Below are positions 1 to 8,729 of a stretch of 64,000 nt of DNA, piece by piece. A program made the translations under genes and the position numbers. The first letter of the stretch is position 1, and the number at the start of each line of letters is the position of its first letter. The stretch is taken from assembly GCA_963716255.1 (NCBI GenBank), contig OY970303.1:5664001-5728000 (forward strand), in the 5' to 3' direction. The notes beneath the pieces are model-generated. The model saw only the letters and a list, made by a program, of their open reading frames with translations, made no database searches and had not been told where the DNA came from. The stretch is from an uncultured Gemmatimonadales bacterium. GTDB lineage: Bacteria > Gemmatimonadota > Gemmatimonadetes > Longimicrobiales > Longimicrobiaceae.

Positions 1-1
1 G

Positions 2-1129
<1,128 letters not shown>

Positions 1130-1134
1130 GATCC

Positions 1135-1731
1135 ATGAATCGTATCCGGCTCGCCGCGCCGCTCGTCGCGCTGCTGCTTTCCGGGGCGTGCGCCGGGGTC
1201 TCGCCGGTGCCGCCCCCGGCGGTCCCCGCGCCCGTGCCGCCGTCCGCGCCCGCGCCGCCGCCTCCAGCGCCCGTGGAGCCACCTCCGCGGGCGCCCTGGG
1301 TGGGGCCGCCGCTCCCGGCGGCGAGCGTCCCGGCCGTGTACGCCGCGGAGTGGCGCAAGGCGGACAACCGCGCCACCTGCGCCCCGGTCGCCCCGGCCTC
1401 GACCGATCCGTACGCAGCCGCACGCCCGCGCGCGGCGACCTTTTCCGGCGGGTGGGCGGTCGCCTACGACCTGCCGGAGCGGCGCAGCGCCTTCGGGATC
1501 GCGGGGGCCGGCGTGAGCGCGGCGGGCCCGACGTATTCCGGCTGGCCACACCGCATCCGCTGGTCGGACGGGAGCGTGGCGGAATACGGCCCGGAGGGCG
1601 GCACCGGCCCCAACCAGCTCGCCTACCTGCGCATCTCCGGCCAGGACTGCCTTTACAACGTGTGGTCGGCGCTGGGGCGCGAGCACCTGGAGCAGCTGCT
1701 CGCCCAGCTTCGCTTCGTGCGCGTGCCGTAG
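1135..1731 (+). CDS. Hypothetical lipoprotein with Pro-rich linker
   Basis: ATG at 1135, signal peptide with lipobox-like LSGAC, Pro-rich stretch, then a globular C-terminus. Confidence 0.7.
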   Translation: MNRIRLAAPLVALLLSGACAGVSPVPPPAVPAPVPPSAPAPPPPAPVEPPPRAPWVGPPLPAASVPAVYAAEWRKADNRATCAPVAPASTDPYAAARPRAATFSGGWAVAYDLPERRSAFGIAGAGVSAAGPTYSGWPHRIRWSDGSVAEYGPEGGTGPNQLAYLRISGQDCLYNVWSALGREHLEQLLAQLRFVRVP

Positions 1732-1736
1732 TGAGG

Positions 1737-1895
1737 GCAGTTTTTTTGTAGTACCCACAAAATGATGTACGGAGGGAGACTCGCAGCAGTACCGCGAGGC
1801 TCCTTCCGGCGAGGTGAGACAGCCGGGCAGTTTCGGCTGGCTCGCCGAGCCCGCGGAGGAGACCGGGCTGTTTCCGCCGGGCTCCGTAGCGGCCC
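1737..1895 (-). repeat. Structured intergenic repeat family B, copy 1 (divergent)
   Basis: Reverse complement reads GGGCCGCTACGGA, three GAGCC/AAAC/GTCTC-type hairpins, then GAGTCTCCCTCCG...GGGTAC...AACTGC, matching the other B copies. Confidence 0.8.
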
Positions 1896-1925
1896 GCCAC
1901 GACAGAAACACCTTCCACCGACGAC

Positions 1926-3578
1926 ATGTCCGACAAAGACCCCCCGTGGTGGCGGCGCGGGATCATCTACCAGGTGTACCCGCGCTCCTTCCAGGACTCG
2001 GACGGCGACGGCGTGGGCGACCTGCCGGGGATCACGCGCCGCCTGGACCACCTGCAGTGGCTGGGCGTGGACGCGGTGTGGATCTCCCCGTTCTACCCGT
2101 CGCCCATGGCCGACTTCGGCTACGACGTGTCCGACTACTGCGGCGTGGACCCGCGCTTCGGGACGCTGGACGACTTCGACCGGCTGGTGGGGGAGGCGCA
2201 CGCCCGCGGCCTGCGGGTGATCGTGGACTTCGTCCCCAACCACACCTCCGAGCGGCACCCGTGGTTCGCGGAGTCGCGCGCCTCGCGGACGAGCCCAAAG
2301 CGCGGCTGGTACCTCTGGCGCGACGCGGCCCCGGACGGCGGGCCGCCGAACAACTGGATCAGCGCCTTCGGGGGGAGCGCCTGGGAGTGGGACGCGGCCA
2401 CGGGGCAGTACTACCTGCACACCTTTTTGCGCGAGCAGCCGGACCTGGACTGGAGCAATCCGGAGGTGGTGGAGGCGATGCTGGACGTGCTCCGCTTCTG
2501 GCTGGAGCGAGGCGTGGACGGCTTCCGGGTGGACGCGGTGCAGAACCTGGGCAAGGACCCGGAGCTGCGCGACAACCCGCCGAACCCCGCCTTTCGACCG
2601 GGCGAGGACGACCCGTACGACGCGCTGCTGCGGGAGAGCTCGTGCGACCGGCCGACCGTGCACGCGCACATCGCCCGCATGCGCGCCCTGGCGGACGGGT
2701 ACGAGGGCGGGCGGGTGGTGCTGGGGGAGATCTACAACACGGTGGACCGGCTGATGCCCTACTACGGCGAGGGGGGCTCCGGCTGCCACTTCCCGTACAA
2801 CTTCCAGCTCATCCGCCTCCCCTGGGACGCGCGCGCCGTCGGCGGCGCGGTGCGCCGCTACGAGGGGCTGCTCCCGCCCGGCGCGTGGCCCAACTGGGTG
2901 CTGGGCAACCACGACCGGCACCGCATCGCCACGCGGGTGGGGGCGGCGCAGGCGCGGGTGGCGGCCATGCTGCTATTGACCCTGCGGGGGACGCCCACGC
3001 TGTACTACGGCGACGAGATCGGGATGCGCGACGTGCCGATCCCGCCGGAGCGCGTGCAGGACCCGTGGGAGCGGAACCTCCCCGGCCGGGGGCTGGGACG
3101 CGACCCGGAGCGCACGCCCATGCAGTGGGACGCGGGCCCGGGCGCCGGCTTCACCACGGGCGAGCCGTGGCTGCCCATCGCGGACGACTTCCGCGAGGTC
3201 AACGTGCAGGCGGAGCGCGGCGACCCCGGCTCCATGCTGTCGTTGTACCGCCGGCTGATCCAGCTTCGCCGCGCCGAGCCGGCGCTGCACGCGGGCGACT
3301 GGGAGCCCGTGGACGCGCCCGGCGGGGTGCTGGCGTACCGGCGCGCGGGGGGAGGGCGACGCTTCCTGGTGGCGCTCAACCTGGGCGGGGAGACCCGCTC
3401 GCTGGAGGTGGGGCGGGGGACGACGGGAACGGTGGCGGTGGCCACCCACCCGGAGCGCGACGGCGAGAGGGTGGAGGGGACGCTGGCGCTGCGCGGGGCG
3501 GAAGGGGTGGTGGTGCGGCTGGAACCGGGCGCGCCGGGCTCCTCCCACATCGGCGGCGCTCCGGCGGGAATGCGATGA
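1926..3578 (+). CDS. GH13 alpha-glucosidase (oligo-1,6-glucosidase-like)
   Basis: WW..GIIYQVYPRSFQDSDGDGVGDLPG, DFGYDVSDY, NHTS, DGFRVD, NHD. Confidence 0.95.
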   Translation: MSDKDPPWWRRGIIYQVYPRSFQDSDGDGVGDLPGITRRLDHLQWLGVDAVWISPFYPSPMADFGYDVSDYCGVDPRFGTLDDFDRLVGEAHARGLRVIVDFVPNHTSERHPWFAESRASRTSPKRGWYLWRDAAPDGGPPNNWISAFGGSAWEWDAATGQYYLHTFLREQPDLDWSNPEVVEAMLDVLRFWLERGVDGFRVDAVQNLGKDPELRDNPPNPAFRPGEDDPYDALLRESSCDRPTVHAHIARMRALADGYEGGRVVLGEIYNTVDRLMPYYGEGGSGCHFPYNFQLIRLPWDARAVGGAVRRYEGLLPPGAWPNWVLGNHDRHRIATRVGAAQARVAAMLLLTLRGTPTLYYGDEIGMRDVPIPPERVQDPWERNLPGRGLGRDPERTPMQWDAGPGAGFTTGEPWLPIADDFREVNVQAERGDPGSMLSLYRRLIQLRRAEPALHAGDWEPVDAPGGVLAYRRAGGGRRFLVALNLGGETRSLEVGRGTTGTVAVATHPERDGERVEGTLALRGAEGVVVRLEPGAPGSSHIGGAPAGMR

Positions 3579-4276
3579 CGTCCACACCCCACGACCCGCC
3601 GTCCCGCGCCGACGTCCGCGCCAGCTACGACCGCGTCGCGGGCGAGTACGCCCGGCGCATCGCCGGCGAGCTCGCGCACAAGCCGCTCGACCGCGAGCTC
3701 CTGGACCGCTTCGCCGACCGCGTGCGCGGCGCCGGGCCCGTCGCGGACCTGGGCTGCGGCCCCGGCCACGTGGCCCGCTACCTCGCGGACCGCGGGGTCG
3801 ACGCGTTCGGCCTGGACCTGTCGCCGGCGATGGTCGAGCAGGCGCGGGAGCTCCAGCCGGGGGTGCCGTTCCGCGTGGGCGACGTCACGGCGCTCGACGC
3901 CCCCGACGGGGCGTGGGCGGGGGCGGTCGCGTACTACTCGCTGATCCACCTGCCGCGCGCCGCCGTCGCACACGCCCTGCGCGAGGTGGCCCGCGCGCTG
4001 CGCCCGGGCGCGCCGCTGCTCGTCGCCTTCCACGTGGGCGACGAGACGCGGCGCATGGACGAGTGGTGGGGGTACCCGGTGCGCCTGGACTTCGTCTTCT
4101 TCGGGGTGGACGAGATGGCCGGCTACCTGCGCGAGGCCGGCTTCATCGTGGAGGACGCGACCGTGCGCGAGCCGTACTTCGACGTCGAGGCGCCGACGCG
4201 CCGCGCCTACCTGCTGGCGGTGAAGCCGGCAGACGCGCCCTCGCCGTCGGGCGAGAGCGACCCGCGCCCGGGCTGA
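3575..4276 (+). CDS. Class I SAM-dependent methyltransferase
   Basis: ATGA overlap with the upstream stop; motifs DLGCGPG, GLDLSPAM, YSLIH. Confidence 0.9.
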   Translation: MTSTPHDPPSRADVRASYDRVAGEYARRIAGELAHKPLDRELLDRFADRVRGAGPVADLGCGPGHVARYLADRGVDAFGLDLSPAMVEQARELQPGVPFRVGDVTALDAPDGAWAGAVAYYSLIHLPRAAVAHALREVARALRPGAPLLVAFHVGDETRRMDEWWGYPVRLDFVFFGVDEMAGYLREAGFIVEDATVREPYFDVEAPTRRAYLLAVKPADAPSPSGESDPRPG

Positions 4277-4343
4277 GAGACGCATCGACCGGGAGGGCGG
4301 GGTCCGGCGGTGCGGAGGGCGCCCTGAGAAGTGTCCGGAGAAG

Positions 4344-4384
4344 GAAGAGGCGGAGCGCGCGACGGCTGCGCGCTCCGCCTCTTC
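4344..4384 (+). terminator. Long inverted repeat, probable terminator
   Basis: GAAGAGGCGGAGCGCGC ... GCGCGCTCCGCCTCTTC downstream of the methyltransferase. Confidence 0.55.
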
Positions 4385-4448
4385 GCGCGTCCCCACGAGA
4401 AATTTTCGCGAGGCTCTTGCGCCCGGCCGGGCCGCCCCGTATTCTGCG

Positions 4449-4467
4449 GTTGAGAATCGTTCTCAAC
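4449..4467. promoter_or_regulatory. Fur-box-like palindrome
   Basis: GTTGAGAATCGTTCTCAAC is a 7-1-7 TGAGAAT-n-(G)TTCTCA inverted repeat about 20 bp upstream of the TonB receptor ATG. Confidence 0.8.
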
Positions 4468-4488
4468 ATCACCCATCGACTGTCTGTC

Positions 4489-6855
4489 ATGCGACTGATC
4501 CTTCTTGCCGGTCTCGGCTCGTCCCTGTGCTGCGGCGTTGCCGCCGCGCAGGCCCCCCGTCCCACGCCGCCGTTCGCCGCGGCCGTCCGCGCCGTGGCGG
4601 ACACCATCACCCGGATCCGCTTCCGCATCCCGGCGCAGCCGCTCCCGCGCGCCCTGGGCGACTTCGCCCGGCAGGCGGGGATCCGCGTGGAGGTGGACCT
4701 GGCGGCCGCGGGGAGCGCGACCTCGCAGGCGGTGGCCGGCTCCCTGACCACGGCGGAGGCGCTGCGGCAGCTCCTGGCCGGCACCGGGCTGGCGGCGCGC
4801 TTCCCGGACGACGGGACGGCGCGGGTGAGCGCGGACGCGCCGGGCGGCGCCTACACGCTCACGCCCATCACCGTGGTGGGCGAGCGGCGGCGCGGCTACG
4901 CCGCGACGCGCTCCACCACCGCCACGAGGACAGACACTCCGCTCCGCGACACCCCGCAGTCGGTGAGCGTGGTCACGCGCGACGTCATCTCCGACCAGGC
5001 CATGCAGGGGATGGCCGACGTGGTGCGCTACGTCCCCGGGATCACCATGGGGCAGGGCGAGGGGCACCGCGACGCCCCCACCATCCGCGGCAACTCCACC
5101 ACCGCCGACTTCTTCGTGGACGGCGTGCGGGACGACGCGCAGTACCTGCGCGACCTGTACAACGTGGAGCGCGTGGAGGCCCTCAAGGGCTCCAACGCCC
5201 TGATCTTCGGGCGGGGCGGCGGCGGCGGGGTCCTGAACCGGGCCACCAAGGAAGCGCAGTGGGCGCCCGTCCGCGTCCTCACCGCCGAGGGCGGCTCGTT
5301 CGAGCACCGGCGCGGGACCGTGGACGTGGGGCAGGGGCTGGGCGGCAGCGTGGCCGTGCGCCTCAACGGGATGTACGAGAACTCCGGCGGCTTCCGCGAC
5401 GAGTACGAGCTTCGCCGCTTCGGCGTCAACCCCACCGTGGCGCTGGCGCTCGGGGCGCGCACCACCGTGCGGGCCGGGTACGAGCTGTTCGACGACCACC
5501 GCTCGGTGGACCGGGGCATCCCCTCGCTCCAGGGCGGCCCCTCCAACGCACGCATCACCACTTTCTTCGGCAACCCGGACTCCAGCTACTCCACCGTGCG
5601 CGTGCACGCCGGCACCGCGCTGCTGGAGCACGCCGCGGGCGCGCTCACCCTGCGCAACCGGACCCGCTTCGCCAGCTACGACAAGTTCTACCAGAACAGC
5701 TTCCCCGGCGCGCTGAACGCCGCCGGGACGCAGGTGTCGCTCGCCGCGTACAGCAACGCCACCGACCGCCGCAACCTGTTCAACCAGACCGACCTGGTCC
5801 TGGACCTCGCGACCGGCCCGGTGAAGCACACCCTGCTGCTGGGCGCCGAGCTGGGCCGGCAGGACACGGAGAACTTCCGCGAGACCGGCTACTACAACGG
5901 CACCGCCGCCTCCTTCGCCGTCCCCTTCGGCGAGCCCACGGTGGCCACCTCCATCACCTTCCGGCAGAGCGCGACCGACGCGGACAACCGCGCCGTGGCG
6001 ACCGTCGCCGGGGTGTACGTGCAGGACCAGGTGGAGCTCGCCCGCTTCCTCCAGCTGGTAGGCGGGCTCCGCTGGGAGCGCTTCGACGTGGACTTCGAGA
6101 ACCGGCGCAGCGACCAGCAGCTGAGCCGGCAGGACGAGCTGCTTTCCCCGCGCGCCGGGGTGGTGGTGAAGCCCATCGAGCCGCTCTCGCTGTACGGCAG
6201 CATCGGGGTGTCGTACCTCCCCAGCTCCGGCGACCAGTTCAGCTCGCTGACCGCGACCACCGAGACGCTGGAGCCCGAGGAGTTCACCAACCGCGAGGTC
6301 GGCGCGAAGTGGGACGTGCGTCCCGGCCTCGCCCTTTCCGCCGCGCTGTACCGGCTGGACCGCACCAACACCTCGGCGCCGGACCCTGCGGACCCCACCC
6401 GGCTGGTGCAGACGGGGAGCCAGCGCACCGAGGGGTGGGAGCTGGGCGCCACGGGGAGCGTCACGGACTTCTGGCAGGTGGCGGCCGGCTTCGCCTCGCA
6501 GGACGCGGAGATCACCAGCACCACCTCCGCCGCCAGGGCCGGGCAGCGTGTCCCGCTGGTGCCGGAGCACACGCTGTCGCTGTGGAACCGCGTGCAGGTG
6601 GTCCCGGCGCTGGGGGTGGGGCTGGGCGTGGTGCGCCAGTCCGAGATGTTCGCCGCCATCGACAACACGGTGACGCTCCCGGGCTTCACCCGCGCCGACG
6701 GCGCGCTGTTCCTGCGGCTGGGGCGGCTGCTGAGCGCCCAGGTCAACGTGGAGAACCTGCTCGACGAGAAGTACTACGCCACCTCCCACGGCAACAACAA
6801 CATCATGCCGGGGGCGTCGCGCACCGTTCGGGTTTCGCTGACCACACGCTTTTAA
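4489..6855 (+). CDS. TonB-dependent siderophore receptor (Fiu-like) with N-terminal STN domain
   Basis: Signal peptide; STN-like FRIPAQPL..AL..F..QAG; plug RTDTPLRDTPQSVSVV; ERVEALKG; C-terminal Phe. Confidence 0.93.
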   Translation: MRLILLAGLGSSLCCGVAAAQAPRPTPPFAAAVRAVADTITRIRFRIPAQPLPRALGDFARQAGIRVEVDLAAAGSATSQAVAGSLTTAEALRQLLAGTGLAARFPDDGTARVSADAPGGAYTLTPITVVGERRRGYAATRSTTATRTDTPLRDTPQSVSVVTRDVISDQAMQGMADVVRYVPGITMGQGEGHRDAPTIRGNSTTADFFVDGVRDDAQYLRDLYNVERVEALKGSNALIFGRGGGGGVLNRATKEAQWAPVRVLTAEGGSFEHRRGTVDVGQGLGGSVAVRLNGMYENSGGFRDEYELRRFGVNPTVALALGARTTVRAGYELFDDHRSVDRGIPSLQGGPSNARITTFFGNPDSSYSTVRVHAGTALLEHAAGALTLRNRTRFASYDKFYQNSFPGALNAAGTQVSLAAYSNATDRRNLFNQTDLVLDLATGPVKHTLLLGAELGRQDTENFRETGYYNGTAASFAVPFGEPTVATSITFRQSATDADNRAVATVAGVYVQDQVELARFLQLVGGLRWERFDVDFENRRSDQQLSRQDELLSPRAGVVVKPIEPLSLYGSIGVSYLPSSGDQFSSLTATTETLEPEEFTNREVGAKWDVRPGLALSAALYRLDRTNTSAPDPADPTRLVQTGSQRTEGWELGATGSVTDFWQVAAGFASQDAEITSTTSAARAGQRVPLVPEHTLSLWNRVQVVPALGVGLGVVRQSEMFAAIDNTVTLPGFTRADGALFLRLGRLLSAQVNVENLLDEKYYATSHGNNNIMPGASRTVRVSLTTRF

Positions 6856-6874
6856 GGCTTTGAACTGCGGGTCT

Positions 6875-7003
6875 GGGCGTGCCCCCGGCTGGCGCCGGGG
6901 TCGGGCTTCGGCTCCGTAGCAGACGAAACGACCGTCTGCAACGGAGTCGAGCCCGCGCAAACAGCCGCGCGGTCTCGCCCCTTCGGGCCGAAATCCCTCA
7001 CGC
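6875..7003 (+). repeat. Structured intergenic repeat family A, copy 1
   Basis: GGGCGTGCCCCCGG...GGGTCGGGCTTCGGCTCCGT-[stem]-ACGGAGTCGAGCC...GTCTCGCCCCTTCGGGCCGAAATCCCTCACGC; seven copies in the window. Confidence 0.95.
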
Positions 7004-7032
7004 GGGGATCGCGCTGGCGTCCGCGAGATCCG

Positions 7033-7266
7033 CCCCCCTCACCCCCCCGACCCCCTCTCCCCCGCAAGCGGGGGAAAGGGGGAGCGCGACACACCGGAAG
7101 GCGAGGGTCGGGGAGTCCTCCGCCAGAATCGGGGGAGGGTGACGGCTCTCAGGCCGCCGGGTGGGGGCTCGCGGGCGCCAGCTCGGCGTCTGCCCATGGC
7201 ACCGCCGTTGCCCCCTCTCCCAGAATTGGGAGAGGGTGGCGAGCCTCAAGCGAGCCGGGTGAGGGC
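7033..7266. repeat. REP-like CCCTCTCCC...GGGAGAGGG hairpin repeats (family C), two units
   Basis: CCCCTCTCCCCCGCAAGCGGGGGAAAGGGG and CCCTCTCCCAGAATTGGGAGAGGG...GCGAGCCGGGTGAGGGC; a related unit lies at 31706-31760. Confidence 0.75.
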
Positions 7267-7270
7267 CGCC

Positions 7271-7302
7271 GTTGCAGGCTGTTCCCTGTTCCCTGTTCCC
7301 TG
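7271..7302 (+). repeat. GTTGCAGGCT + (TTCCCTG)n heptamer tandem repeat
   Basis: GTTGCAGGCTGTTCCCTGTTCCCTGTTCCCTG; recurs at 14699 and 31771, and the heptamers recur reversed at 29346. Confidence 0.75.
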
Positions 7303-7306
7303 CCGT

Positions 7307-7849
7307 TCAAGCTTCCGTCTGCTCCGTGATCACGCCGCAGGCGATGCGTGCGCCGGAGTTGCCGGACGGGTCCGTGCGGTAGTCGTCCGCGGTCGCGTGG
7401 ATCACCAGCGCGGTGCCGCCCTGCTTGAGCAGCGGGTTGGCGCGGCGCAGCGTCACCCCCTCCTTGACCGTCTCGATCTCGCCCTGGCCGTTGGCGCCCA
7501 CCGTCAGGTTGGGGAGGTCGCCGGCGTGCGGGCCCTGGGGGTTCTCCGTGCCGTGCTGCTTGCCCGCGGGGTTGTAGTGCGGGCCGGCGGTGGTGAAGTC
7601 CGGCGTGTCGCACGTGCCGTTCTGGTGAAAGTGCAGCCCGTGCGTGCCGGCCGGCAGGCCGCGCACGTTCAGGTTCACCCGCACCCCGTCCTCCGCGTCC
7701 GTCAGCACCGCGCTCCCCACCGGCTGGCCCTGCGCGTTGACTAGGCGGACCGTGGCCGCCGTGGCGTTCCGCCCGCCCGACACCGTCGCGGGCGCGCACC
7801 CCGCCGCCACCAGGCATATCACCGCCGCACCGATCACCCGGTTCTTCAT
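7307..7849 (-). CDS. sodC: Cu/Zn superoxide dismutase family lipoprotein
   Basis: HGLHFH, GPHYNP, HAGDLPN, VIHA..DD, GNSGARIACGVI; lipobox LVAAGC. Confidence 0.93.
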   Translation of the reverse strand: MKNRVIGAAVICLVAAGCAPATVSGGRNATAATVRLVNAQGQPVGSAVLTDAEDGVRVNLNVRGLPAGTHGLHFHQNGTCDTPDFTTAGPHYNPAGKQHGTENPQGPHAGDLPNLTVGANGQGEIETVKEGVTLRRANPLLKQGGTALVIHATADDYRTDPSGNSGARIACGVITEQTEA

Positions 7850-7946
7850 TCTCTGTCTCTCTCGTCTGGTGGTTGCCGCCGGGCACTGGACGCGGCCCGG
7901 TCCCCGCGCGACCCGCAAGACCCGTGCAGCCCCGTCCCCGCGTTGA

Positions 7947-8008
7947 CTACTAACGAAATAGTTGACAACTCCGTGTGCGCCGCTTACCCTCTACTATGAG
8001 ACTAGTAG
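7947..8008 (+). promoter_or_regulatory. Sigma70 promoter flanked by two CTACTA-N6-TAGT(A/T)G operators (unit 1)
   Basis: TTGACA (7962)-17 bp-TACCCT (7985); palindromes at 7947-7964 and 7991-8008. Confidence 0.8.
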
Positions 8009-8118
8009 ACGCCGGCGGCTTTCCCCCGTAGGACGGCGCATGATCTTCACCCGTACGCTGTATTACACGCTCGCCTCCGCGCAGCAGCGCGCAGCGACCC
8101 GACGCCGCGCCGGGACCC

Positions 8119-8250
8119 GCGTGAGGGATTTCGGCCCGAAGGGGCGAGACCCGGCGGGGCTGTTTCCGCCGGGGCTCGACTCCGTTAGCCCGCGTTGTTT
8201 GCGGGCGTACGGAGCCGAAGCCCGACCCCGGCGCAGCCGGGGGCACGCCC
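8119..8250 (-). repeat. Structured repeat family A, copy 2
   Basis: GCGTGAGGGATTTCGGCCCGAAGGGGCGAGAC...GGGCACGCCC, the reverse complement of the A consensus. Confidence 0.95.
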
Positions 8251-8271
8251 GAGCCACGCCCTGAAATGCTT

Positions 8272-8340
8272 CTACTAGTTTTTTAGTTGACAACCGAACA
8301 CCGCCGCGCTACAGTCTACTAAGACTCTAGTAGAAAGGAG
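8272..8340 (+). promoter_or_regulatory. Sigma70 promoter with two operators (unit 2) and RBS of the BlaI-like gene
   Basis: TTGACA (8287)-17 bp-TACAGT (8310); CTACTA-N6-TAGTTG at 8272-8289, CTACTA-N6-TAGTAG at 8316-8333, then AAAGGAG. Confidence 0.85.
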
Positions 8341-8348
8341 ACCATACG

Positions 8349-8729
8349 ATGGAAGTCTCGTTTACGGAACGGGAGCTGGACGTGATGGACGTGCTCTGGG
8401 AGACCCGCACGGCGACCGTGGCGGAGGTCCGCGAGCGCCTGTCGGACGAGCTGGCCTACACCACCGTGCTCACCGTGCTGCGGACCCTGGAGGAGAAGGG
8501 CCACGTGGGTCACGAGGAGGAGGGCCGCGCCCACCGCTACTTCCCGCGGGTGGAGCGGCAGGCGGCCGGAAAGAGTGCCCTCAGCCGCATGCTCCACAAG
8601 CTCTTCAAGGACTCGCCGGAGATGCTGCTCACGCACCTGGTGTCGGACCGCCGCGTCTCGGACGAGGAGCTGCGCCGCATGCGCCGCCTGCTGGACGAGC
8701 GCCTGGAAGGCGAGGAGGGACAGGGATGA
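8349..8729 (+). CDS. BlaI/MecI/CopY family transcriptional repressor
   Basis: TERELDVMDVLW, LAYTTVLTVLRTLEEKGHV, GRAHRY. Confidence 0.93.
   Translation: MEVSFTERELDVMDVLWETRTATVAEVRERLSDELAYTTVLTVLRTLEEKGHVGHEEEGRAHRYFPRVERQAAGKSALSRMLHKLFKDSPEMLLTHLVSDRRVSDEELRRMRRLLDERLEGEEGQG

Noticed and set aside
6984..6996. Hammerhead ribozyme core in repeat A (CGAAA)
   Set aside because: No CTGANGA partner motif was seen in the copies.
6852..7249. Short ORFs with recurring peptides such as RVRDFGPKGRD or PGASRGHA (also near 8063, 31405, 57045, 63354)
   Set aside because: They are translations of repeat A; starts, stops and frames are not conserved between copies.
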